From: Candidatus Cloacimonadota bacterium
GTDB taxonomy: Bacteria; Cloacimonadota; Cloacimonadia; Cloacimonadales; WRIO01
DNA length: 64,000 nucleotides
Reading direction: 5' to 3'
Assembly (NCBI GenBank): GCA_029553545.1
Contig: JAKPKU010000170.1
Span: 4,621 to 68,620 of the forward strand
The notes beneath the pieces were generated by a model. The model was not told where the DNA came from, made no database searches, and was given only the letters and a program-made list of their open reading frames with translations. Below, in pieces: positions 1 to 10,264 of this stretch. The translations under genes were made by a program, and so were the position numbers. How positions within the stretch are numbered: the first letter of the stretch is position 1; the number at the start of each line of letters is the position of its first letter.

Positions 1-1
1 T

Positions 2-961
2 CTCAACAATACTCAGTATACACTTGCTGACCTTGTGCAACATAAAGTAATATCGCCTGCTGTTTATGTTTATCGTGATAATAAATATATTGCTTCAGAC
101 ATCATTTATGGGCATGAAGCCTTCTTTGTTTATACAAATTTAAATAATGCAACAAGTCTGATCTGTAACTTTACACCATACTATGACGGCGCTCGAGAGA
201 TTAGCAAACCTGAAATTGCTTGGACTGCAAAAATAAATATTATCCAACAAGATAGAGATGAGATTGTATTTGGTGTTAGTAATCACAAAATAGATGGTGT
301 CGATTTTATATTAGACTATCCAGAAGCGCCTGTAAAGAATCTTAACAATAATCTATCCTTCTATTTCCCTGTAGATCCGGAAGAGAATAACTACTCTTTT
401 AGCAGATTAAACCGATATCTCTACACTCCATTTAGCAATACAGATGAAGAAACAAAGGAATGGCACTTTGCTATAGACGTCAATGAATTATCTCCTATTA
501 CTCTGCAAGCAGACTTGTCAGACTTGCCAACTGGCTATTCAGTAAAAATAAATTTAAGTGGACAAACCTATGTGTTAAATGCAAATTCCCCTGAAATAAC
601 TTTTACCCCTGATGAAATTGGAACAATCAATGGTATTCTTATCGTTGGCAATCAATTTGTAAGTAGTGATGAACATATCGCAAAACCTTTCACTGTCAGT
701 GCTTATCCAAATCCATTTAATCCTATTACAAATATTGCCTTCAATCTTGCTACAGCTTCTGAGATTGAGATTAATATCTATAATATCAAGGGGCAAAAGG
801 TCACTACTATTATCAATGATAAATTACGTGCAGGCAATCATGTACTTCAATGGAATGGTAAAGATAAAAATGGCAAAGCATGTGCCTCAAATATCTATTT
901 TGCACAGGTTAAACTCAATGGAAAGCAGAGCGTAATCAAAAAGATAACTCTGCTAAAATAA
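2..961 (+). CDS. C-terminal part of a secreted protein with FlgD-Ig/T9SS type A-like C-terminal domain (5' truncated by window)
   Basis: Frame open from base 2; ends in AYPNPFNPITNIAF...IYNIKGQKV...LQWNGKDKNG...IYF...KKITLLK. Confidence 0.85.
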   Translation, partial: LNNTQYTLADLVQHKVISPAVYVYRDNKYIASDIIYGHEAFFVYTNLNNATSLICNFTPYYDGAREISKPEIAWTAKINIIQQDRDEIVFGVSNHKIDGVDFILDYPEAPVKNLNNNLSFYFPVDPEENNYSFSRLNRYLYTPFSNTDEETKEWHFAIDVNELSPITLQADLSDLPTGYSVKINLSGQTYVLNANSPEITFTPDEIGTINGILIVGNQFVSSDEHIAKPFTVSAYPNPFNPITNIAFNLATASEIEINIYNIKGQKVTTIINDKLRAGNHVLQWNGKDKNGKACASNIYFAQVKLNGKQSVIKKITLLK

Positions 962-973
962 CATAATTATTAG

Positions 974-999
974 AAGACGCCCCTTAGTGGGCGTTTTTT
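974..999 (+). terminator. Intrinsic terminator
   Basis: aagacgccc-cttagt-gggcgtttttt just after stop codon. Confidence 0.75.
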
Positions 1000-1001
1000 A
1001 C

Positions 1002-1030
1002 TTGACAAATTATCATCTTGAAATTTTAAT
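1002..1030 (+). promoter_or_regulatory. Sigma70-type promoter
   Basis: TTGACA-17bp-TTTAAT upstream of ORF 1087. Confidence 0.5.
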
Positions 1031-1086
1031 AATCAATTATAGTGTGAGGAGGTGTTTTTCATAATTATTAGATTAAAGGAGATCTT

Positions 1087-2082
1087 TTGAAACAAAATAT
1101 TTTATTAATCCTATTATTGTTTACTCTAAAAATAATAAGCGCTCAAGTAATAGAAGACCTAAACTTTAGCTGGTATTCACAAACTGATGAAAGATGGAAA
1201 TACGAGAACTTAGGGTATTCACGTTACAATACAATTGGTAGAAGCGGTTGTGTTTTAACATGTTTATCGATGCTATTCAACTCAGAAGCAAGTAATCCAC
1301 ACGTGACACCAGAAGAACTTAATGCTTGGCTTGTAAAAAACAATGGATATGCAGTGGCTGATATGCGCTGGGAAATAGTCGCAAAGTATGATGGAGTCGG
1401 CAAGGGCGTTGAGTTGGTCGGGCAGAGCAATAAACGTAATGATTGGAGCTTTATTTCCAACCACATTGACAAAGGCAATAAGATAATAGTAAAAGTCGGC
1501 TCGGCAAGAGGGCATTGGGTATTGATTACTGATAAAAAAGGCGCATACAACCGCTCAGCATCGTATGAAGTAAATGATCCAGGACTTGCGATTTATCGAA
1601 AAAGAACACTCGCCCATTGGGGTGGTTTTAGAGCTGCAAGAGCCTTCTCTGGCGACTGGGTGACTCGCGATCAGCTCACTATGAGCAATGATACGCAGCT
1701 TATCTCAACTGACAGCCTTGACGCTATTGTCTACAATGTCTATAATGTCATCAATCCAGCTGAGCTCTATGTGAATATTAAAAATAGCCTAAATGCCCCT
1801 ATTACAGGCTTTTTCATGCTGGGCGTTTATACAAATGAAAATAAATTTATCAATACAACTGGCTCGCCTTTACAGCTTACTATCAATCAAAATGAACAAA
1901 AAGAAGTACTGTTCCCAATTGAGGCTATAGATAATTTTTTAAAAAACAACTATCAAATTAAGCTAATCTATGCAAAGTCGCTCGATAAGTCTGGCTCACC
2001 ACAAAATGCATTAGTGTTAAACCCCAATGGAATTAACTCTTTCTCCTTCAATCAAGATAATGCAGAAATTATGACTCATTAG
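1087..2082 (+). CDS. Exported C39-like (Peptidase_C39_2) cysteine peptidase with C-terminal beta-rich domain
   Basis: Signal peptide; YSQTDERW, SGCVLTCLSM (Cys), GHWVLI (His), VNDPG (Asp); AAGGAG RBS before TTG. Confidence 0.7.
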   Translation: MKQNILLILLLFTLKIISAQVIEDLNFSWYSQTDERWKYENLGYSRYNTIGRSGCVLTCLSMLFNSEASNPHVTPEELNAWLVKNNGYAVADMRWEIVAKYDGVGKGVELVGQSNKRNDWSFISNHIDKGNKIIVKVGSARGHWVLITDKKGAYNRSASYEVNDPGLAIYRKRTLAHWGGFRAARAFSGDWVTRDQLTMSNDTQLISTDSLDAIVYNVYNVINPAELYVNIKNSLNAPITGFFMLGVYTNENKFINTTGSPLQLTINQNEQKEVLFPIEAIDNFLKNNYQIKLIYAKSLDKSGSPQNALVLNPNGINSFSFNQDNAEIMTH

Positions 2083-2137
2083 CTTGTGAATAAATAATAA
2101 TACCACATAACATTTTCTAAATTTACAAATAAACAAT

Positions 2138-2168
2138 CTCGACTCTCAATTCAAGGGTCGAGTTTTTT
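2138..2168 (+). terminator. Intrinsic terminator
   Basis: ctcgactct...agggtcgag followed by T6. Confidence 0.6.
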
Positions 2169-2332
2169 AATTATCTTAGATCATTATGCCCATTGTTAAA
2201 GCAGAAGACTCTGACCAAAAGCCGCCTTTAATGCCAGCTAACCCTATTTTCTTTACCTATTACTCAAAACAGGTAAAAAATATATTGACTATTTAACCGC
2301 ATTATCTTTATTTACATTAAAGGGGTTTTGTA

Positions 2333-3634
2333 ATGAAAAATTACTATGGTTTTAAGCTTTCTATCATAATAATCAGCGTACTTATGATTATTTCATGCTC
2401 TGCTAAGCAAAAGCAAAAACAAGACAAAATTGAGATTAAGTTCTGGCACGCTTTAGGTGGTCCTTTAGGCGATGCACTCACACAACTCGTTGACGAGTAT
2501 AATCGTGAACAAGACAGCATCTTTGTCCGTGTGATCTCTATGGGCAATTACCAAGCTTTATCACAGAAATTAATGGCATCTTTACAGGCAAGTAATCAAC
2601 CTGAAATCGCTCAAGTCTTTGAGTCGTGGACAGCGAATTTCATCTCAGGCGATGTCTTAGTCCCTATAGATGAATTTATCGATGCTGACCCCGCCTTTAA
2701 AGCTCAAATTGATGACTTTTACCCCGTATTTATCCAGAGCAATACAATCAATGGTAAAATATGGTCTTTCCCTTTCAATAAATCTCTGCGTGTGCTTTTT
2801 TATAATAAAGACGCTTTTTATCGAGCAGGACTCGACTATGAGCGAGGACCCAAGGCTTGGGATGACTTCAAGCATTATGCCAAAGTCATGAGCATAGATA
2901 CCAATAATGACGGTGATTATGATGTGTTTGGCTCCACATTCGCCATTAGCGCTTGGCAATTTGAAAACCTCTTGCTGCAAGCAGGTGGAAGAATTATGAA
3001 TGATCAGTTAACAGAAGCGCGCTTCAATAGCCCTGCAGGCATTGAGGCAATCAAATTTATGGCAGACTTGCTCAATAATGAAAAAACCGTCTATCTCTCA
3101 ACAGGCTATGACGGTCAAAATGACTTCTTATCAGGTAAAATTGCCATGTTAGAGAGTTCCAGCGTCACCTATGCATACTTGCAAGAATCGGGCATCCCCT
3201 TCAATTTAGGCGTGGCTGCTATTCCTGAATACAAAAATAATAAATCAATCGTCAGCGGCACAAATGTTGCCATCTTTAAGATGAAAGATAAAGAAAAAGA
3301 AAAGGCTGCTTGGGAATTTATCAAGTGGTTTACCGACACCAAACAGACAGCAAGATTCTCCGAGATGACCTACTATATGCCTGTGCGTAAGAGCGCTATG
3401 CATGAAGATAATATCAAGGCTATGCTCGCTGAAAATAAAGGACTTGCCGACGTTTACGCAATGCTGGAAACAGCCGACTACGAGCCACAAATACCTGAGT
3501 GGTTTGAACTGCGTAAGTATATCGAAGAACAAGTAATAGAAAAAGTATTTCGTGGCATTTTACAGCCAAAAGAGGCTTTAGACCATGCTGCTGATAAACT
3601 AAATAAAGAAATAAAGAAAAATACAATAGAATAG
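2333..3634 (+). CDS. ABC transporter substrate-binding lipoprotein (sugar/glycerol-3-phosphate UgpB-like)
   Basis: Lipobox IISC; IKFWHALGG, PFNKS..LFYNKD, AAWEFIKW motifs. Confidence 0.85.
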   Translation: MKNYYGFKLSIIIISVLMIISCSAKQKQKQDKIEIKFWHALGGPLGDALTQLVDEYNREQDSIFVRVISMGNYQALSQKLMASLQASNQPEIAQVFESWTANFISGDVLVPIDEFIDADPAFKAQIDDFYPVFIQSNTINGKIWSFPFNKSLRVLFYNKDAFYRAGLDYERGPKAWDDFKHYAKVMSIDTNNDGDYDVFGSTFAISAWQFENLLLQAGGRIMNDQLTEARFNSPAGIEAIKFMADLLNNEKTVYLSTGYDGQNDFLSGKIAMLESSSVTYAYLQESGIPFNLGVAAIPEYKNNKSIVSGTNVAIFKMKDKEKEKAAWEFIKWFTDTKQTARFSEMTYYMPVRKSAMHEDNIKAMLAENKGLADVYAMLETADYEPQIPEWFELRKYIEEQVIEKVFRGILQPKEALDHAADKLNKEIKKNTIE

Positions 3635-3642
3635 GAGATTTT

Positions 3643-5562
3643 ATGATTAATATTACCTTTCCAGATAAAAGTATAAAGGAATTTCCAGAAGGGATTACAC
3701 CTGATGAAATAGCAAAAGGTATCAGCCAAAACCTCGCTCTGAGAGTCGTCGCTGCTGAATTCAATGGCAAAATGATCGATTATAATATGCCGCTCAATAA
3801 TGATGGCGAACTTACTCTCCATACATTTGAAACAGATAAAGGCAAAGAAGTCTTTTGGCACAGTAGCTCACACTTAATGGCACAAGCTGTCAAAGAGCTT
3901 TATCCAGACGTTTTGGTTACCATCGGACCTGCTATTGAAAATGGCTTTTACTACGACTTTGATAGAGATGATGCCTTTACTGAGGAAGAACTCGAAGAGA
4001 TAGAAAAAAAGATGTATGATATAGCAAAACAAGACCTTGTCTATACCAGAAAAGAATTGTCAAGAAATGAAACTCTAAAGCTTTTCAGCGATATGGGGGA
4101 GACCTATAAGGTAGAAATCCTCAATGAAATACCTGAAAATGAGACTATCTCTATGTACACACAGGGTACCTTTACTGACCTCTGCCGTGGACCACATGTA
4201 ATACATACAGGCAAACTCAAAGCTTTTAAACTATTAAGAACTTCTGGCGCTTATTGGCGTGGAGACGAAAAGAATAAAATGCTCAAGAGAATATATGGCA
4301 TCAGCTTTCCAACCAAAAAGGAGTTGACTGAGTATTTACAAAGAATAGAAGAGGCTAAAAAGAGAGACCATCGAAAGATCGGTAAAGAATTAGACTTATT
4401 CTCTATCTCTGATAATATTGGCGCTGGCTTAGTCCTCTGGCATCCAAATGGTGCAATGATGCGCCACCTCGTAGAAAGCCACTGGAAGGAAAGACATTTA
4501 CAAGCCGATTATAGCTTAGTAAATACTCCACATATCGGGCGTGGTGATCTATGGGTTACCTCTGGGCACTTAGGCTTCTACAGCGATTCTATGTACTCAC
4601 CAATGAGCATTGACGAGCAAGACTATTATATCAAACCAATGAACTGCCCCTTCCATATCGAGATTTATAATACACAAAAGAGAAGCTACCGTGAATTACC
4701 GCTCAGATACTGCGAATTAGGAACTGTTTACCGCTATGAACGCTCAGGCGTATTGCATGGACTAATGCGTGTCCGTGGCTTTACCCAAGATGACGCACAT
4801 ATTATCTGCACCTCTGATCAGTTGATGGAAGAGATTGAGAGAACTGTTGAGTTTTCTATCTCTATGCTCAATGACTTCGGTTTTAAAGAATTTCAAATCT
4901 TCTTATCAACCAAGCCAGAAAAGTCTGTAGGTGAAGATGCTGACTGGCAACAGGCAACAGAATCTCTTGAAAATGCTTTAAAGAAACTGAATTTAGAATA
5001 TGATGTGGACGAAGGTGGCGGTGCTTTTTACGGTCCAAAGATCGATATCAAAATCAAAGACGCCTTAGGTAGAGCTTGGCAGTGTAGCACAATTCAGTTT
5101 GACTTTAATGAACCTGTGCGCTTTAATATGGAATATATCGGCTCTGACAATCAAGCGCATCGACCATTCATGGTTCACAGAGCACTATTAGGCTCAATCG
5201 AAAGATTCTTTGGCACACTTATCGAGCATTATGCAGGCAATTTCCCAACCTGGCTTTGCCCAGTCCAAGGTATCATCTTAAATATCACTGAAGATACTCA
5301 GCACTATGCACGCCGCATCCAAAAGCGCTTCAAAGAGCAGAATATCCGTATGGAACTCGATGCAAGAAATGAAAAGATAGGCTATAAAATCAGAGAAGCT
5401 GAGATGAGAAAGATACCATATATCCTTATCATCGGCGAAAAAGAAGAAGATTCCAATACCGTCTCGCTCAGACGCCACACTCAAGGTGATTTAGGCTCCA
5501 AAGAAATTAATGATGTCATTGCTATGATGAAAGAAGATATTGACAGTAAAGGAAATAACTAA
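3643..5562 (+). CDS. thrS: Threonine--tRNA ligase
   Basis: TGS domain, HSSSH, DLCRGPH, KPMNCP, RVRGFTQDDAH, GAFYGPKID. Confidence 0.98.
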   Translation: MINITFPDKSIKEFPEGITPDEIAKGISQNLALRVVAAEFNGKMIDYNMPLNNDGELTLHTFETDKGKEVFWHSSSHLMAQAVKELYPDVLVTIGPAIENGFYYDFDRDDAFTEEELEEIEKKMYDIAKQDLVYTRKELSRNETLKLFSDMGETYKVEILNEIPENETISMYTQGTFTDLCRGPHVIHTGKLKAFKLLRTSGAYWRGDEKNKMLKRIYGISFPTKKELTEYLQRIEEAKKRDHRKIGKELDLFSISDNIGAGLVLWHPNGAMMRHLVESHWKERHLQADYSLVNTPHIGRGDLWVTSGHLGFYSDSMYSPMSIDEQDYYIKPMNCPFHIEIYNTQKRSYRELPLRYCELGTVYRYERSGVLHGLMRVRGFTQDDAHIICTSDQLMEEIERTVEFSISMLNDFGFKEFQIFLSTKPEKSVGEDADWQQATESLENALKKLNLEYDVDEGGGAFYGPKIDIKIKDALGRAWQCSTIQFDFNEPVRFNMEYIGSDNQAHRPFMVHRALLGSIERFFGTLIEHYAGNFPTWLCPVQGIILNITEDTQHYARRIQKRFKEQNIRMELDARNEKIGYKIREAEMRKIPYILIIGEKEEDSNTVSLRRHTQGDLGSKEINDVIAMMKEDIDSKGNN

Positions 5563-5590
5563 ACTGCCGTTTTCTTATACGGAGAAATAG

Positions 5591-6556
5591 ATGAATATAA
5601 AAGAATTTGTAAAAAAGCAAATGAAGCTCGAGGCTGACTCTATCATGAGAGCCTCCGAGCTGATTGACGATAATGTCGAAAAGGCTATCGAACTCATTAT
5701 CAGCTGTTCAGGAAAAGTTGTTGCTATCGGCATGGGTAAGTCTGGTATCATTGCCAAAAAGATATCTGCTACCCTCGCTTCAACAGGCACAACCTCTATT
5801 TTCTTGCATCCAGCTGAAGGCATACATGGCGATTTGGGTATGCTACAAAAAAATGATGTCGTCATAGCTATTTCCCAAAGTGGCAATACGCAAGAAGTTG
5901 TCGCTGTGATTCCCTATATCAAGTTTCTCAAAATCCCCTTGATCGCTATTACAGGCAATCAAAACTCTATTCTCGCTCAAAATGCCGATGTGGTATTAAA
6001 TAGCTCTATACCTGAGGGGTATGAGCCTTTTAATATGGTGCCCACTTGTAGCGCCGTTGTCCAACTGAGCTTGGGCGACGCTTTGGCAGTTGCACTTTTA
6101 GAAAAGAAAGAGTTTAAAATCAATGACTATGCTCTCTTTCATCCTGGCGGCACCATTGGCAAAAAACTCTTGCTCAAGGTATCTGATTTAATGCACAGTG
6201 GAGAAGAAAATCCCACTATCTATCAAGATGAGTGCATGAAAGAAGCAATTGTCTTGATGACCTCAAAGGGCTTAGGCTGTGCAAATGTTATCGATAAAGA
6301 CAAAAAGCTTATGGGCATTATCACTGACGGCGATCTCAGACGTTTTCTCGCCAAGGGTAATATTAGTTTAGATATCTCAGTAAATGATATTATGACCAAA
6401 AACCCCAAACGTATGAAGACAGAACAACTCGCTGTTGAAGCGCTTAATCTCATGGAAAAATATAAAATTACTATGCTACCTATTGTTGACGATGATGACT
6501 GCTCTGTAGGTTTGCTACACATGCACGATCTGATTCGCTCTGGGGTTGTAACATAA
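5591..6556 (+). CDS. kdsD: KpsF/GutQ arabinose-5-phosphate isomerase (SIS + 2 CBS)
   Basis: GMGKSG, HPAEGIHGDLG, FHPGGTIG, GIITDGDLRR. Confidence 0.92.
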   Translation: MNIKEFVKKQMKLEADSIMRASELIDDNVEKAIELIISCSGKVVAIGMGKSGIIAKKISATLASTGTTSIFLHPAEGIHGDLGMLQKNDVVIAISQSGNTQEVVAVIPYIKFLKIPLIAITGNQNSILAQNADVVLNSSIPEGYEPFNMVPTCSAVVQLSLGDALAVALLEKKEFKINDYALFHPGGTIGKKLLLKVSDLMHSGEENPTIYQDECMKEAIVLMTSKGLGCANVIDKDKKLMGIITDGDLRRFLAKGNISLDISVNDIMTKNPKRMKTEQLAVEALNLMEKYKITMLPIVDDDDCSVGLLHMHDLIRSGVVT

Positions 6557-6572
6557 ATACTTAGGAGGAAAA

Positions 6573-7610
6573 ATGGATAAGGTAAATTTCGCATTAATAG
6601 GCTGTGGACGTATATCTGATAGGCACTTTGAGGCTATTGCAAATATTCCTGAGGCAGAAATTATCGCCTGTTGTGATATCATAGAAAGCAGAGCGATTGA
6701 AGCAAGCAAAAAGTATAAAGTTAGCAAATATTATACTGACTATAAAGAAATGCTCGACAAAGAAGAAGTTCATGCCGTATTAATTTGTGGACCAAGTGGT
6801 TTGCACTCTGAAATGGGTATAGAAGCAGCGAAGAGAAAGATTAATGTTGTCACAGAAAAACCAATGTCAATCAATCTTTCACAAGCAGATGATCTGATAA
6901 AGGCTTGCGATCATAATCAAGTAAATTTATTTGTGGTAAAACAAAATAGATTAAACCCCTCTATCCAATTACTAAAAAAGGCTATAGATAAAGGACGCTT
7001 CGGCAGAATCTTCAGTGTCAATGCAACTGTACGCTGGGCAAGACCTCAGTCATATTATGATATGGCAAAATGGCGTGGAACTTGGGAGTTTGACGGCGGT
7101 GCTTTTCTCAATCAAGCCTCACACTATTTTGATTTACTCTATTGGTTAGTTGGTCCTGTTGACTCTGTCATGGCTATGACAGCCACCCTCAATCACCAAA
7201 TTGAAGTGGAAGATATGGGCAGTGGGCTCATCAGATTCAGAAATGGTGCTATCGGTACAGTTGAAGTTACTATGAATATCTTCCCACGCAATCTCGAAGG
7301 CTCTATCACCATTATGGGTGAAAATGGCACTGTAAAAATCGGCGGTATTGCTGTCAATAAAATCGACCACTGGGAATTTAAAGATTATGATGATGATGAT
7401 CGCTTTGTTACTGACTCATCGACCGCTCCATCAAGCGTTTATGGCTTTGGTCATACAGGCTTCTTAACTAATGTCGTCAATGTCTTGCAAGGGAAAGCTG
7501 AACCCAATACTGATGGAAGAAATGGTCGTAAATCATTAGAAATAATCCTGGCTATGTACGAATCTGCACGCATCGGTGAAAAGGTCTCATTGCCTTTAAA
7601 AACAGTATAA
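6573..7610 (+). CDS. Gfo/Idh/MocA oxidoreductase, WlbA/WbpB-like UDP-GlcNAcA 3-dehydrogenase
   Basis: IGCGRIS, EKPM, VKQNR, WRGTWEFDGGAFLNQASH, YGFGH. Confidence 0.85.
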   Translation: MDKVNFALIGCGRISDRHFEAIANIPEAEIIACCDIIESRAIEASKKYKVSKYYTDYKEMLDKEEVHAVLICGPSGLHSEMGIEAAKRKINVVTEKPMSINLSQADDLIKACDHNQVNLFVVKQNRLNPSIQLLKKAIDKGRFGRIFSVNATVRWARPQSYYDMAKWRGTWEFDGGAFLNQASHYFDLLYWLVGPVDSVMAMTATLNHQIEVEDMGSGLIRFRNGAIGTVEVTMNIFPRNLEGSITIMGENGTVKIGGIAVNKIDHWEFKDYDDDDRFVTDSSTAPSSVYGFGHTGFLTNVVNVLQGKAEPNTDGRNGRKSLEIILAMYESARIGEKVSLPLKTV

Positions 7611-7630
7611 ATCAAGAACTTATAATAAAG

Positions 7631-7661
7631 AAAAGGGCAGGTATTAAGCCTGCCCTTTTTT
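7631..7661. terminator. Bidirectional intrinsic terminator
   Basis: aaaagggcagg-tattaag-cctgccctttttt between convergent genes. Confidence 0.8.
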
Positions 7662-7678
7662 ATATTAAACCGAAATTA

Positions 7679-9490
7679 CTAAATCATGGTGAGTATCTTA
7701 TTAGCCTTTTGAATAAAGGACTGCAATTCCTCGCCTGTAAACCTCTTCTGCTCAAGCATTGCCAAATCATGGATATAGCCTGCAAGCACAGATGCATCCT
7801 CGGTCTTGCCTGCTTCGTTCAGCTCTACTACTTTTTTCACAGTTGGGTTTTCCACATTAATAACTAAGGTATGATTTTTCAACATATCAGCGCCGCCAAG
7901 ACCCTGATTTAATGCATTCATCTCGGTGAAACGACGCATAAATTCATCAAATATCACCATGCCAGGGATACTGTCTGTTTTCAGGTGTTTGGGCTCAATA
8001 GTCACACTCTCATTATTCAATGCCTTCGCAAATTCCTCTTTGATTTTATCTGACTCAGTTTTATTATCAGCGTCAACAATCTCTGTTTTGCTATTGTCAA
8101 TCAAGGTGTCATTTATCTCAGAGTCTATGCGTACAAAGCGGATATCCTGCTTTTTCATCTCAATATGTTGCAATAAGTGCGTGTCTAAAACGCTGTCACA
8201 GAAGATCACTTCCAAGCCTTGCTCTTTGATCAAATTCAACAGAGATACTTGCGTGTTTTCACTTATACCATAGTAAATCTTCTTGGGCTTTTCTTCAGAC
8301 GCATTTCTCTCAAGATACTGATCTACAGTGATATAATCGCCTTTCGATGACTTAAAGATAAGGTAATCGACCATCGATTCAGAAAACTCTTCTTCTGTCA
8401 GCACACCATATTTTACAAACTGATTGACATCTTCCCAATATTCTTCATATTTGCTGCGGTTTTCAGTAAAGGTCTCTTTAAATTGGTCAGCAACTTTTCT
8501 GATGATATATTTCTTAATCTTTTGCACTTCTTTATCATTTTGCAAAAAGCTTCTCGAGACGTTCAATGGAATATCTGGTACATCAATCCCGCCACGTAAC
8601 ATAGTCAAAAACTCAGGGATAAATTCTTTCAAGTTATCTGCCACAAACACATTGTTGCAATATAGCTTGACTAAACCTCGGGTGAGCTCTATCTCATTTT
8701 TTAATTTAGGGAAGTACAGGATACCTTTCAAATTAAAAGGAAAATCAAGGTTCAAGTGTATCTGAAAGAGAGGGTCTTGCCAGTCATGAAAAACCTTTTT
8801 GTAAAACTCTTTGTACTCCTCTTCTGTAACGTCTTTTGGCTTTCTATTCCACAGCGCCTCTTGCTGATTGACCACGTCTTTACCCAAAAGAATCGGATAA
8901 GGCATAAAGTTGCAATACTTTTCAAGTATTTCTTTCATTTTTGCTTCTTCAAGATATTCCTCAGCTTCATCATTGAGATGCATGGTAATTGTCGTCCCAA
9001 TTTTCTTTCTTTTGCCTTCACTAATCTTGTAATCAGTTGAACCATCACACTCCCAAAACGCTGGCTGGCTGCCCTCTGTCATGGAAAGTGAATCTATTGT
9101 TACCTTCTTGGATACCATGAATGATGAATAAAAACCAAGACCAAAGTGTCCAATTATATTATTCTGCTGATCTTTAAACTTCTCTACAAAGTCCTCAGCT
9201 CCTGAAAAAGCAATCTGATTGATATACTTCTCAATCTCTTCCTGAGTCATACCAATACCACTGTCTATTACCTTGATGGTCTTCTTCTTTTTATCAAGCT
9301 CAACTTCCACTCGCAGCTCTTCGTTTTTAACTGATGGATCTATCGCCTTACGCTTATTAAGGGCATCAATTGCATTTGACACAAGCTCACGAATAAAGAT
9401 ATCATGCTCGGAATAAAGCCACTTCTTTATTATCGGAAAAATGTTTTCTGTGTGAATACTTAAATTACCTTGTTTAACTTCTTTAGCCAT
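7679..9490 (-). CDS. htpG: Chaperone HtpG (Hsp90)
   Basis: FIRELVSNAIDA, DSGIGM, IGHFGLGFYS, DIPLNVSRS. Confidence 0.96.
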   Translation of the reverse strand: MAKEVKQGNLSIHTENIFPIIKKWLYSEHDIFIRELVSNAIDALNKRKAIDPSVKNEELRVEVELDKKKKTIKVIDSGIGMTQEEIEKYINQIAFSGAEDFVEKFKDQQNNIIGHFGLGFYSSFMVSKKVTIDSLSMTEGSQPAFWECDGSTDYKISEGKRKKIGTTITMHLNDEAEEYLEEAKMKEILEKYCNFMPYPILLGKDVVNQQEALWNRKPKDVTEEEYKEFYKKVFHDWQDPLFQIHLNLDFPFNLKGILYFPKLKNEIELTRGLVKLYCNNVFVADNLKEFIPEFLTMLRGGIDVPDIPLNVSRSFLQNDKEVQKIKKYIIRKVADQFKETFTENRSKYEEYWEDVNQFVKYGVLTEEEFSESMVDYLIFKSSKGDYITVDQYLERNASEEKPKKIYYGISENTQVSLLNLIKEQGLEVIFCDSVLDTHLLQHIEMKKQDIRFVRIDSEINDTLIDNSKTEIVDADNKTESDKIKEEFAKALNNESVTIEPKHLKTDSIPGMVIFDEFMRRFTEMNALNQGLGGADMLKNHTLVINVENPTVKKVVELNEAGKTEDASVLAGYIHDLAMLEQKRFTGEELQSFIQKANKILTMI

Positions 9491-9526
9491 TTTAATTCCT
9501 CCAATTTAATTTTTAATTCTATATAC

Positions 9527-9554
9527 AATATAAATTGAATAGGAAATTTGTCAA
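9527..9554 (-). promoter_or_regulatory. Sigma70-type promoter of htpG
   Basis: Minus strand TTGACA (9554-9549)-16bp-TATATT. Confidence 0.55.
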
Positions 9555-9562
9555 CAAGAATC

Positions 9563-9589
9563 TTAGCACTCTGCAAAAAAGACTGCCAA
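9563..9589. promoter_or_regulatory. CIRCE-like HrcA operator
   Basis: TTAGCACTC-tgcaaaaaa-GACTGCCAA vs consensus TTAGCACTC-N9-GAGTGCTAA (2 mismatches), upstream of htpG. Confidence 0.75.
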
Positions 9590-9651
9590 ACAAGGGAGAG
9601 CGGCAAGCGTTTATTATTGTAAAAGAGGGGTTTAGATTCGCTTTCAGACCG

Positions 9652-10218
9652 TCATTCAAGCAAATCTATCTCTACAGGCTCACTTTCTTCTTTATTATCT
9701 ATTTTATTGTCATTATCTTTCATAAAATCAAGAGACTTTTTGCTCTCTAAAGGCGTTTTGCTCAGTGATACAAACTTCACATTTTGTGATGAAACACGCA
9801 TACCCAGCGAGTATAAGAGCGATCCTTTCATCAACTTTGCCAGGCTATTAAACTGTTTGAAAATACTCATAATAAACTCAATGCTCATATCCTTAATCAG
9901 CGTCCCATAGCGCTTTTGAGCACGATATACAAAATATATAAACATACTAAATGCAGAGACGCCCTGAGTCCGCTTTTGCCTGGTATTTATCTTATAAATC
10001 TTCGCATAATCGGCAAATAAAGACTTTATCGGCAAGTCCATACCTTGCCACAATGCACATAAATAGGGCTGATTATTTTTGATAGCGATATTTTGCGGCA
10101 AAATAGCCCTCTTCACGGGCTTACGTAGGATCACCACATTATTATTGGCATAATACGCTAAGATACTCTCGCCGATCCTCTTCGGAAACTTATGGTCTCC
10201 CGTCAAATAAACTCTCAA
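9652..10218 (-). CDS. Basic hypothetical protein (probable TTG start at 10218)
   Basis: GGAGG RBS before TTG at 10218; the longer ORF call (10320) runs through a dispersed repeat. Confidence 0.55.
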   Translation of the reverse strand: MRVYLTGDHKFPKRIGESILAYYANNNVVILRKPVKRAILPQNIAIKNNQPYLCALWQGMDLPIKSLFADYAKIYKINTRQKRTQGVSAFSMFIYFVYRAQKRYGTLIKDMSIEFIMSIFKQFNSLAKLMKGSLLYSLGMRVSSQNVKFVSLSKTPLESKKSLDFMKDNDNKIDNKEESEPVEIDLLE

Positions 10219-10264
10219 TTTCCCTCCCTTTCTTCTGATAAAACACTTTTTTTCTACTCTAATT

